From the NCBI GenBank assembly GCA_000002445.1, contig CM000208.1:992001-1056000 (forward strand): DNA of 64,000 nt. The letters run 5' to 3'. This document shows, in pieces, positions 19,893 through 31,000 of the stretch (positions are counted from its first letter, which is position 1; each line of letters starts with the position of its first letter). The DNA is from Trypanosoma brucei (lineage: Eukaryota). The notes under the pieces were generated by a model, which had not been told where the DNA came from, searched no databases, and saw nothing but the letters and a program-made list of their open reading frames with translations. Both the position numbers and the translations under genes were made by a program.

Positions 19893-21803
19893 TCAGTCAC
19901 TCATAGGAAATTGAGCGCACGCCGCGTCACGGAGGTACATCCACAGTGCTAAGGACATGATGTGTTCCTCCTCCTCCACATCAAACACGGAGCCAACACT
20001 GTCAGTAACATTGTACGATGGAACATGAAGCATGGATGCGGATTTTTCTCCTTTTTCGGTGATAGTCGTATTTTTCACATGAGAACCCGGAGTATTATAC
20101 GTCGCACGAAAAGGGAACCTCACACCGCTCTTTTGTTCAATTACTTCAACTATGGACGTGGCTACGTGCGTAGAGAAGGTAGCGAGTGACTTGGCTTCAC
20201 TTTTACTCAAGGGGTCACGCATAACGCTGGTGGCACTGAGAAGGACAGCGAGAGAAGCATTCATGGCTGCATCGTAAACTTTTACGTCTGCCGAGCCACT
20301 ATCAGTTACGTGTGCAGTCAAAGAGCTCATCACGCGTTCGTCAGAATTATAAAATGTGTCAACTACATCCAAGGAATGTGACAAACTCAAATATGCGTCC
20401 CGAACAACATGTGTTACGTGGATAGTGGCCACTCGTAGCACGTGCCACTGCAAATCTGGGGACAACACTATCCGCTTAGCCACACCAGTTGCCACAGAAG
20501 CCGAAAAAAAACGATAGCTGCACCACAGTTCACCAACCCGCCGTAGTTCCGCGGCCGTGTGAGCATAACGAGGCGTTGTTTGCGGCACTGCTATTGAAAA
20601 GTCCCATTCTTTCCGACCGAGTTGAACCGTCGCCATGTGAACGCGCATGAACCACCAGTAGTACGCGTACTGTCCTTGGTTGTGCTGTAGAAGACCAAAC
20701 TTCATTGTAGCACCGGTACACACGACTTCAGAGTAGAGGGGTTGTGTCCCTCCATTTTTCTCTACACTTGTCCCTTTGATTTCCACGGCTTCAATCGGAG
20801 GAGTACTCTCTTTGAATTCATCAACTGCTCCCTGCTGCTCCTTTACAGTAACCAGGGGAAACAACGGAGCACCTTCACAGAAAATTTTGTGAGAGACTGA
20901 TGCACAGTGCTCAATGAAATCGGATGCTGTACCGAACCAACCGCCATTATGTATTGCTGGGAAAAAACAAGAAAGGGCTTCTTCATCCCCACACTTGATG
21001 GCACTCGTCGGGAATAATGAAGAAAGGGAAGCCACAGCAAAGCTACAAGTGGAAGTCGCACAATTCGAGTCCATGGTGCTCTGATGTGATTGAGTTGAGC
21101 CAACAGACGGTGGTCCGAGGTTAAGGGTATGACGACCAAATATATCGTGCACGCGTGGGGGGAGCAAAGGCAGAGCGACATGAAACCGCTGATTTTGCAC
21201 ACAATCGGGTAAAAAGGAAGAAGACAGCTTGGGTTCCTTCGAACTCTCCCTCCCACGCACCTGACGTGTTGGAGGAAATGAAGTCTTTTGGAATGGTAAA
21301 CTCGCCTCCTCCGCCGTAGGACCGGACGCACGCACCCCTGCAGCCGCTGTTTCCCTGGCCAGACTCATCTTACGGAGGAACGAAACAAAGTAGTCCCCGA
21401 ATTTCCTTGCTTTAGATTTTCTCTGTTGTTCTGTTTTCCTATTCATAGCAACCGTCTTTTTCTTAGAATCTCCAACGTTCTTCGATCCGCGGGATGTGTC
21501 TCTGCCACCAACATGTGTACTTTTGACCACTGACGAAACACTCGTACTCCCTTTCGCTCCATCGGTATTTTTGTTTCTTTTTCCACACACCTTGCTTTTT
21601 ACGGTTCGCTCACATTTATTCCCGACATGGACACGACGCCTTCTCTTAGTCGTTTTTGTACATGATATCACGCATGCCATTTTATTCAGAGCAACTTTAA
21701 CACTGTCTGCACGTTCCGCTCCACCTGCACAAGCCAGTTCCGCCACCTGCCGTGTGGAGGATGCCACTTCCTCCGAAAGATGGTGCCCCTTCACTTCTGT
21801 CAT
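19893..21803 (-). CDS. Hypothetical protein, 636 aa from the first ATG
   Basis: The track ORF begins with a GTG at 21812; the first ATG is at 21803..21801 (MTEVKGHH...). The C-terminal half is non-repetitive and protein-like. Confidence 0.55.
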   Translation of the reverse strand: MTEVKGHHLSEEVASSTRQVAELACAGGAERADSVKVALNKMACVISCTKTTKRRRRVHVGNKCERTVKSKVCGKRNKNTDGAKGSTSVSSVVKSTHVGGRDTSRGSKNVGDSKKKTVAMNRKTEQQRKSKARKFGDYFVSFLRKMSLARETAAAGVRASGPTAEEASLPFQKTSFPPTRQVRGRESSKEPKLSSSFLPDCVQNQRFHVALPLLPPRVHDIFGRHTLNLGPPSVGSTQSHQSTMDSNCATSTCSFAVASLSSLFPTSAIKCGDEEALSCFFPAIHNGGWFGTASDFIEHCASVSHKIFCEGAPLFPLVTVKEQQGAVDEFKESTPPIEAVEIKGTSVEKNGGTQPLYSEVVCTGATMKFGLLQHNQGQYAYYWWFMRVHMATVQLGRKEWDFSIAVPQTTPRYAHTAAELRRVGELWCSYRFFSASVATGVAKRIVLSPDLQWHVLRVATIHVTHVVRDAYLSLSHSLDVVDTFYNSDERVMSSLTAHVTDSGSADVKVYDAAMNASLAVLLSATSVMRDPLSKSEAKSLATFSTHVATSIVEVIEQKSGVRFPFRATYNTPGSHVKNTTITEKGEKSASMLHVPSYNVTDSVGSVFDVEEEEHIMSLALWMYLRDAACAQFPMSD

Positions 21804-22848
21804 GAAACGCACTTACTTTTCCTAATTTTTCTTACACTAAGAAAAGCAGTAGTCGGTAGCCCCACAGGTTCTTACACCTACGTGTGTAAAGAAGGTAAAA
21901 AATAAAGGAAATAGTAATGATCCTCCTCTGCACTGGACATCGCCAGTAACTTCTCAGATTGTGTGGTAAGAAGAGATAAACAAAAGCAAAGGGGATAACG
22001 TGAGAACGACCAAATACGTCATGAAGTGAATGACGCGTACTAAATTCTGAAAAATTTGGCACATCTCGAATGCACCTACCACCTGATCAGGTGTGGAACC
22101 ACCACAGCGCAACTTTTCCCCCTCTCCTTATCTTCTGTTTCTCCCTGTCACATCCTCTGTATATGGTACAGAACTGTAAATACGAGTACGACTACCCGCT
22201 ACCTCAGTCGCACATCTTTGTCAGTATACAGTTAAATAATCCCCTATTAGGGGAATCTTCAAAGCAAACAAACAAACCAATGAACATCATCAGAAGTGCC
22301 GGGACACGAATGAGCAAAAGAAAGTTGGAGTCGGAGGAAAGTACAAGAACGATCGGCTCTTTGACGGCTATTGGTGGCAAGTCGATGATTCAGCAAATAA
22401 ACTGAAGTGAAAGCTGCGGTGGCATCAGGAAAGCGACAAGCCGCACCTCAGCGAAAGAGTATAAGAGAATGACACTGCGCTAAAGAGTAAAAAGAGCATA
22501 CATTTATTGAGATACATACATATGTATATATCTATATATGCATAAAGAGGGAACGCCCAAGTGCTGAAGGGGAACTGGGGGAGGGACGATTAAAACATCG
22601 CGTTATGCCTTACACATCACCCAAGTCACAACAAAGGCACGCAAAAAAAAAAAACACTTCCTGCTCCCATCTCATAGCGACGGACTAAGAAATCAAACAG
22701 GGGAAGGAACAAACAACAATGCCATTAAACACAAGCTCCGCGTGAGAAGCGCTAATTACGCTTACCAAACTGCATCTGTTCCTTATCACTTTTTTTTCTT
22801 TTTGACTACACATATATCTTCAACCGACTACAGAGGACGGAGATGTTT

Positions 22849-23511
22849 TTACAGTCCCAACTGTGTTTCCAGTTTATACGGATCAGGTGTTTCAGTTTCC
22901 TGCTGTTGCTGGGTGTTACTCATAAGGTCCGGTAACCTCCCACTAGGCATAGCAAGTGCGTCCGACAAATAACTCGAATCCGCTTCATTCCCTGATTGCA
23001 TTGCGAGTGCCTCCAACTCGCCTAACATTTCATCCTCATCGATACTGTCAGGAACATCGTAGGAACGACCCATTGCTTCTTGAACGTACTGCGCATCCTC
23101 ATAGAGGTTAAGCAGTTCATCCTGCAATTTCTCTACATCTGCTACAGACATTTTCTTGAACTCCCGCTTCAGCGTCTTTGTCGCGTCCTTCATGGCATCC
23201 ACCTGCAGTTTGGCATCCTTAACCGACTCGGTAGTAAACTGTAGTTGGTCAATGTTGAATTGCTGCTGCATTAAAACATCTTGCTGATTTTGGTACAGTC
23301 GCTTCTGCTGAAGTAGCTGTATGGCACGTTGCTTGTGCCGCTGCTGCGTGGCGCCTGTAGTCCGCTGGATGCACTCCTTTAGTTTGGCGAGTTCTGCATC
23401 TATTTTACTCACGCGCGCATCCACAGCGTCACAGCGGGCACCGATCTTGACACTCGCGTCCTCAAGTGTTGGTTTCTGTGTGTCCTTTTTCCGACCGAAT
23501 AGACGGTTCAT
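22849..23511 (-). CDS. CHMP5: ESCRT-III subunit CHMP5/Vps60 (Snf7 family), 220 aa
   Basis: MNRLFGRKK...KIDAELAKLKE...QKRLYQNQQDVLMQQQFNIDQLQFTTESVKDAKLQVDAMKDATKTLK...EAMGRSYDVPDSIDEDEMLGELEAL...DSSYL aligns end-to-end with human CHMP5 (MNRLFGK...[40 protein letters not shown]...[24 protein letters not shown]...EDSSYL). ATG verified at 23511..23509. Confidence 0.88.
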   Translation of the reverse strand: MNRLFGRKKDTQKPTLEDASVKIGARCDAVDARVSKIDAELAKLKECIQRTTGATQQRHKQRAIQLLQQKRLYQNQQDVLMQQQFNIDQLQFTTESVKDAKLQVDAMKDATKTLKREFKKMSVADVEKLQDELLNLYEDAQYVQEAMGRSYDVPDSIDEDEMLGELEALAMQSGNEADSSYLSDALAMPSGRLPDLMSNTQQQQETETPDPYKLETQLGL

Positions 23512-23520
23512 CCTGCGCCG

Positions 23521-23552
23521 ACAACAACAACAACAATAATAATAATAATAAA
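23521..23552 (-). repeat. Trinucleotide repeat (TTA)6(TTG)5 on the coding strand, 10 to 40 nt upstream of the CHMP5 start codon and so probably within its 5'UTR
   Basis: Plus strand reads acaacaacaacaacaataataataataataaagg directly after the ATG (cat at 23509..23511). Confidence 0.85.
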
Positions 23553-25024
23553 GGAGAAAGTCAGTCGCCTAACAATTAGCTCGCGCCTGAGGTATACAAC
23601 TTAACCTGTTCTTCCGTTTCCTCACTCTCAACCCAGGTAAAAGTAGGAAACAAAGTGTCAGAACGGAACTTCTTCCTAAAAATCGGTTTGATTGTCTTCC
23701 ACTTTTAACCCATGGTTGAGAAGCAGCAAGAAGAAAAGTCACCTTCGAAGCGGACAAGGCAACAGGCACTTCATGTGGGAGCATAAAGTCGCGCAAGAAG
23801 AGCGCAAAAAAAAAAAAAAGAATTGAGACGCCTCCATTCTTGCTTTTCAAAGTGTAAGCGTGGGAAGCAGGCAAAACGAGGTAATGTGGACATTAGTATA
23901 ATCTACACACGGAACCAAATTAAGTAAATTCCAACTCAGTAGGAACGAAAGCATGGGAGTAACAGGTGTATTATCCCGCTGATAAATGGAGCAGAAATAA
24001 ACCCACTGTCCATTTGTTTAACGGAATATCACCAGGGGGACGGCATAACGACGGAAAGGCCCACTAAAGAAAAGGTGGTACGGGCCAAAAACTGATCAGC
24101 TCGAATACCACATGAGGCAGAAGGATGCATGTCACCGTTCCCCTTTCAACTGATGGAAGAAGTTGTTGCTTTTTTTTAAATCTCTCCCACAGATAGAAGG
24201 AAAGAAAAATAGGGTTAAATAAACTGGAATCACCCAGCAACTGCACAGCTCCACACAAATGTGGCCTCCGCACTGCACACAGGCCGACCCACATATGCAT
24301 GCGCCCAACCCTACACGTAAATACGAATAGGTGCAAGCGTATGTGAGAACATACAAAACGTTTATCTGCGGTTTGAAAAAGGCACCACATGTTACGCTGA
24401 ACAGAAAGAAATAAGTGAAGGCAGTAAAGGAAAAATGAAATAATTATTAGTGCGATGCGCAAGAAGTTCTAACTCTGAAACAAAGTGTCATTGCCATCTC
24501 ATATTCACGACAACACAACAAAGAAAGAGGAATCTCACTTCTTTCACTTACTCCCGCAGAGAGGCGCACACATGCCATATTTGAAAGTTTATTTTACTTC
24601 CCTATCACTTCTTCCTCGTCACGTCCACTAACCGAAAGTGAAACCCACCCCCCGTGGCATTTTTTTGGTGTCAACTGTAACCTCACCTCAACCTCCGTCC
24701 CATCACCACCATTATCACCTTAAAGAACTAAATGCATATAATTAAAATATTTACAAAAAATCGATATGAGATCCCCCCCCCGGTGAACGTCTCGACAACA
24801 GTCGAAGAGGAAAAGGCACAACTTAGGACGAGGCGTAGCACTTACATCGGATACCTCTGATAATCAAAGCAATAATTCAAATATACACACAGTTCGCTCC
24901 ACGACATACTTATTCTGTGGGTCACGCGATGCGACAACTTTCTATACATAAATATACAAGAACGGGAGAGGGGAAATACAATATAATAACATTCACAAGC
25001 AGCTTTAGGAAGCACAATATGGGG

Positions 25025-28000
25025 CTACATATGACCTCCCATTATGCTTTGCGCCCGTTGTATTGCTGGCAGTTTCGATGGGTTGGTATTGGAACGCAAC
25101 AGCAGCTGTTCTTTTTCTTGCAGTGCCGCGGTTAGCACCGCCGTCATTACGTCCTTCTCTTCCTCCAGTACGGTCATCAAACTTTTTACCTGCGGGGAGG
25201 TGTCGATACTAGGTGTTCTTACATTCCGCGTGACGTTCATGAACGGTGGAATTAAAGCTGGAAGTGTCATGGATGCCACTGAGGAATCCGAGTAAGAAAG
25301 CAACGAGCCCTCGTAAACTGGCTTGCAATTAGGGGGCCGAACGGTGGAGACAATCCCCTTGCCGCCGGTTACCTTGGGTACAGGACAAGTGTTCCAGCTC
25401 ATTAGAGTTTTCATCACTCGCAGCCGCTCCTCCTGCTCAGACTTTCGTTTTGGCTTCTTTGAACTCGATGTGGATGCCCCTCCCACGGTGAAGCAGCTGC
25501 TGTATGTCCTCGTACGTGGGTGATCGCTTGAAGCAACCGGGAAAGGTGATGGCATCTGTCCCCGAATGGGTTGTAAACCCTTTCGCCCCGAAGAGGATCC
25601 GTCGTCACTCCCAGGCCCCAGTAGAGTCATCACGCCGCGCCATTTCTCACGCTCTACATGATCCCTTATCGCCTTGGAGGATGGAACAGCGTTAAACGAA
25701 AATTCATTTTTCACAGGGGAGCCCCCACGGGGACTGCTACCCTTTTTCGCTTGGCTCTTGTGGGTTCCTGCAGCCGGAGAGCAACGGCGCCGAGGAAGTG
25801 GTGCGCAGGTCGCGCCTCTTACAACTATTTCAGGTTGAAGCACCCATGCGTCCACGGTTCCTGCAAGCAGTCCTAAATATACAGAGCTGGGTGGCAAGTT
25901 GCAGTTTGGCGGCATATTCACCACAGTTGTTCCTGTGTCACGGCCCGACCTTTCCGTTGAAGAAGACATCGCTTTCCGCGACACCTGAGGCACGCACACA
26001 ACTGGGCTTTGTTTCTCCTTCTCCTCACTCGCGAAGATTGAAGAGCCGCGGTTGGGTAAGACCAGGGGTGTAGCGAGCATGGACGGGACAACAGGAGCGA
26101 TGCCGGCAGGTCCAAATGCTGGGTTGCAGGAGAATGCGGCCTCCGCGATTCGGTGTGCCGCCGAAAAGGTATCAGATAGTGCCGCAGACTCTTCCCTCAG
26201 TGCGGGTGCTTGTGGAGTACTATGCAGTACAGTTACTCCGTATGCCTCTCGTGGGGTCTCACAAATGGTATCCGTTCGCGTCCTCCTCCGAGCAAAAACG
26301 CCGCGATGTGGAGAAATGAGTGCTGAATCTTTGCGAGAGATAGGCGATGGCACATGTGTTTTGAACTCACGCCCAACAACTTCATCGAACAGGCGCTTAA
26401 GAAGCGCAGGCAAGTCGTGTTCCCCATGGAATTCATCCCTAAAAGCAAGAGCATAGGATGGGGGGTACCCGCTACCACTACCCTGCTGCATATCAGTTTT
26501 TGTGCTCTGATCGGACCAGAAAATTGAGGCACGTGGAGAAATGTCACCGCTCCTCTTGAGCCCAATACGGCTCATTGTCCTCGTCCCAAATAACAGTGCC
26601 CCGTGGGGCGCACTCGGCAGCCCACCACGAAACCTAACTCCCAGCATATCCTCCTTAACGATCTCAGCAGCCCTCGTAATAGCAGCCTCCACCTGTCTGT
26701 TGTCAAACAACTCGCGAACACATGGGAAAAGCCGCTTCTGCACATATTCTTTCCGCACCACATCCAACACTTCAAAAGAGCAGGGGTTATGTTTCAACGA
26801 TGGCATCTTGGGTGGCACCTCACTGTTTCCCCCAAAATAGCCAATACAGCTAACGGTACATTCACTAGGGTTTCCAAAAGAGACAGAGGGTACCAACACA
26901 CTCCACACGTAAACGTAGCCATCGTCGCAGCTTGCGCAAAGAAAGACTGCCGTGTGCCTGTCCACGAAAGGAGCCGTTGCATTAAAGGTATTTACTCTCA
27001 CGCTCTGACCTTCCCCTTTGCTTGCTTCTGTCAGACTCTCAGCGGGAAACGGCGACAACTCCGCTTCGCTTGTGGTAGAGGCCAAAAAAGACGTTTTTCG
27101 TATGAACCGGACGGCTGTCAGATTGTTTTTGTGAGCACGCCAGCGCCGTAGCAATATTACACCTTCATGCATAGAGCCTTCTGTTTCCCACGGCGATGAT
27201 ATAGTCCAATTTATATTACTCACGTCCAGCAAGGCCATATGACCCCTATGATCGGACACAGCAATGTAAACGCCATCACGGCTCACCTCCATCGCGGTGA
27301 TGGCGTCCAATTCGTAGGTGACACGGAACCGAAATGACTCCGCTCGTCTGCGACCGTTCCAAATCTGGATGACTCCGTCATCGCTGCCAGTCACAATATA
27401 ACCGGTCGTGCCAACGGGTACGATATGTGAAACGAAACCGAGGTTTGCAAATTGCTCAGAAAGCAAGAATCCGCAGTCACGCTTGGATGCAGGAAGGAAC
27501 TCATCAAAATCCCGACTAAAAAGCAAAAGTGGCGGCAATTCCTCACTCTTGCGCTGAACACTCTCGCTACCGTCGTCCAACAAAACGTCATACTTGTTCT
27601 CGGCATGGGTATTACTAGGGTTGCTTGGGGCTGTAACCCGAGTCGGTTCATTGCAATTTAGGTAGCGTTCGCGCTTCTGCATGAACTCCCTAGTATAATT
27701 CACCGGATCTTGAACGAGAGGACCTGGAAGTAACGCAACAAGATCTAGCGGCGCCGGCACAACGGTGTTCTCGCACGATGTTTGTACAGACTGACAATCA
27801 CGTGCATCAGTAGTGGCGGGAAATTTAGAGCTTTTTTGACTCGAAGCTCTGGTGCTGGTTCTGGCGCTAGCATCCAAATCTGAAGAGTCGCTGTCACTGT
27901 GAAGTGCATTGGTGGTGGAAGAGCGTTGAGAGACGTGTATTTGCTGTTTGTCGCCCACGAACCTCCGCTTAAAGGACTCGGATACGCTTGCCCTGATGCT

Positions 28001-31000
28001 CCTCTTACCCTCAGACTTATGTTGAGAGGTGTCTGTCAAGCGTGTGCACGGAATCGGGCACTTTGTAACCTCGTCCACAGGCGTTGTGCTGATGCCTCCG
28101 CGATGGCCAACAATAACAATTCCAAGAGTTTCGTAAATAATGGCAGCGGCGACGCCGACGCGATCTGTTATAATCTGGCGATGTGCCTCGATAGTGTTGT
28201 CGCCAAGCGCTGACAACGATTCACTAGACTTACCAGGTAGTAAATACAGAGCGGTGGTACCGTCTAGAGATCTCTCTTTCTCAAAAGTGGCGGAAAGCAG
28301 AGAGACCGACTGCCGTAGCGTCCCCTTTCCCTCCATGACCCCGCAAGCCATGGAAGAAAGTTCGTTAACCCCAGATGGAAATGTAAATGTACGTACTAGA
28401 GTGCCATTGAGGCCGTTGTATTCCTTTATGCATCGGCAATGCTCAAGTGCAACAAAAACATGCGCCGACTCTGTTTGTTCCACCGAAATGCAACAAATTC
28501 CGCCATCAACAACCCACGATCGCTCGACAACAGTTGTTATCTTCCAATGAGCATTGGCGTCGCTAGCCGATGATTCCTCAAGTTGAGGATCGCTCTCGTC
28601 CGGCTGTTGTGACTGCTCTGTATCAGGGGGAAACATAACAGCTGCCTTTCTCACCCCTAATCTCACTTCAGTAACAGCGGGGCGCCACACAATGATAACT
28701 TCTTCGTCAGCACTAAACCAAATGTCCCACTTCCTCTGGTGAACAAGATTCACAACCGGCTTCCGATGGCCAAGGTAACCCGCTGGATAGTCATCCGTCT
28801 GTTTGGGGTTCCAAACCCTTGGATAGTACCCGCCTAGTATAAGACGGTCTTGGACGGCATCGTAGCGAGCACAGAGCATCTCCCCAAAGCGAAGCGAAGC
28901 AGCGCTGTCGTCACTTACAACACAGACGCACTGGTAGGTGTCAACATCAAAGAAGTACAGTACGCGCTTCGAGTCGGCAGCCATCAACATCAGTGGCCGC
29001 AGTGGCGGTTGCATAAACGCCACATCTACTGGATAACCGGATGTTGCAGATTTCCTAAATTCTGACAGCTCCAACCGGTGAAGTGGGCGCGGGGAAGAGG
29101 GCACCCAAAAGATGACTGTACGGTCTAAACTCCCTGTTACTAAAATGGCCCGACCCGCATGAAAAGTAGCGCACGTAATCCGCTTTCTGTGCCCATGGTT
29201 TTGCGATAGCCATAGGCTCGTTGAGCCGGTAGACCCTAGCTTCACGGCTCCTGTGGGGGCAACTGTTTCACCTAATGTCATGAATGGTACTTCCACGCGG
29301 CTCAGGTGGCGTACACCCACTGTGCAGTCGTCGCTAACGGTCATCACAATATCACTTTCTACACTAACGACAATTTTCACAATGGCAGCACGATGTAGCT
29401 TCAGGGTTAACAGGGGTTCGTGCGATTCTGGGGGTTCTAACCGCGTCTCCGTTTGGCCAAATACGTCAAACCAGTGGGCACGCAAAGGATAAAACTGTAG
29501 CACACCAGAACTAAATCCTATAAGCATGAGTGGGCCTGTCGGAAGAAGGGAGGTGGAGCTAAACTTCACGTAATTTGCAAGAGCGACGCAGCGGCTAAAC
29601 CATGCGACACCTTCATCCGTGTAATCGGAAGCACAGTGCCCTGGCGTTGGCTTTCTGTTGCTGCGCTCGCTCCCCACACCTTCGAAAACATGGCCATCCC
29701 CTCTGCTGCCACAGTGAACCCATCTGGTACTTTCAAGAGAGTTTCCCGTATCTTGTGTCGTCTCCGGTGTGACCACTTCCTCCCTCGTCCCACACCGGGG
29801 CCGTTCGCACCTTGTTGCGGGACGAGATCTATAGCCAAGTGAAGAAGCACCACACACGCCAAATCGTGAGAGAAAATCCGTTTTCACCGGTTGAGGTCGC
29901 TCAAGATGCTCGTACGTGGGCGCTATAATGCCAAGGCCAGTGAAATACCGTGAAACATCCGTAAAGAGAATATCCAGTGCGTCGCGGCGGTATGCGCGAA
30001 CCTTATATTCGGGCCGCATCACCCTGCTCGGATCCTCATCCTGGAGTTGTGTAACGTCCACTGTGCACAACAAGTCTAGTGACTCCTCCGGGGTACCTCC
30101 ACGCAAGCAGCTAGGTGTCTTGGGTAGACCGTTTTGAAGTTCCACTGGCAATGTGGGAACCGAATGCCGCCCGAGAAACGTTTTGACAACCTCCGCCGTC
30201 CCAGCACGAACAAGAGTAACGGAACAGTCGATAGTCAACACAACCAACATTTCCACATTGCCTAATGACTGCGGCGAGCACGACATATCAAGAATAGGTA
30301 CACCGGCTGCCAAAAGGTTCCGCTCGTGCACAATAGCGGGTTTGCCCTGTGCGTTGGCTAGTCGTGGATCGGTGCGCCAGAGCTTTACTAGCCCATCCCA
30401 CGCGGCCGTGACATAGCGCCTACCGTGATCGATAAACACGATATGACTAATAGCCTCGGTGTGGTATAAGAAGCGCACTAGCGGGTAACGCTTCTGCCAC
30501 AATGTGGTGTTCGCGGGAACAGTAGTTAAATCTAAGATGCGCCCAACATAGTCTACTGATTTTTCCTTTTCTTCATCGGGAGAAGTCCTGCCAGATTTCC
30601 CCCTCTTCCTACGTGCAGAAGCGTCCCCTTTCACGAGTGACCGCTCGCCACACTCGAGAATGTAGGTGCTCAGTTCGTCCCATGTCACCAAACCATCACC
30701 ATCCGCGTCAATAGTGCGGAAAAGGTTCTCGGCAGCTTCCACGTGGCTCTGGTTCAACCGCTGATACGTCAGGCGGGACAAATTACGATTCCCTGATAAA
30801 AACTGCATGTGGTCTGAGCCCATCCCATGCCAAGTCAGCGCATCGAATCCCTCGACCTGCGGTTGCTTTTGGCTAACAATGGGTGGAAAGAGGGCATCAA
30901 AAAACGGCTCCACAATGTCTCGTTCAAAATCGCCGAGGGCCATACCAGGTGGTGACGTGCTCAAAAGACTTGTAAGGGTACACTTGTTCCGAATCCCAAC

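Noticed and set aside
24064-24462. 132-aa minus-strand ORF in the spacer between the WD40 giant and CHMP5
   Set aside because: The translation is low-complexity and Cys/Leu/Phe-rich with no motifs. It sits inside a 1.5-kb spacer that must contain UTRs and processing signals.
26603-27151. Plus-strand ORFs of 130 to 210 aa inside the large minus-strand genes (for example 26603..27151, 30807..31433, 9134..9688, 7646..8092, 35907..36446, 2163..2549)
   Set aside because: All are antisense to long, well-supported minus-strand CDSs in GC-rich coding DNA. They have no recognisable motifs, and every gene in the window is on the minus strand.
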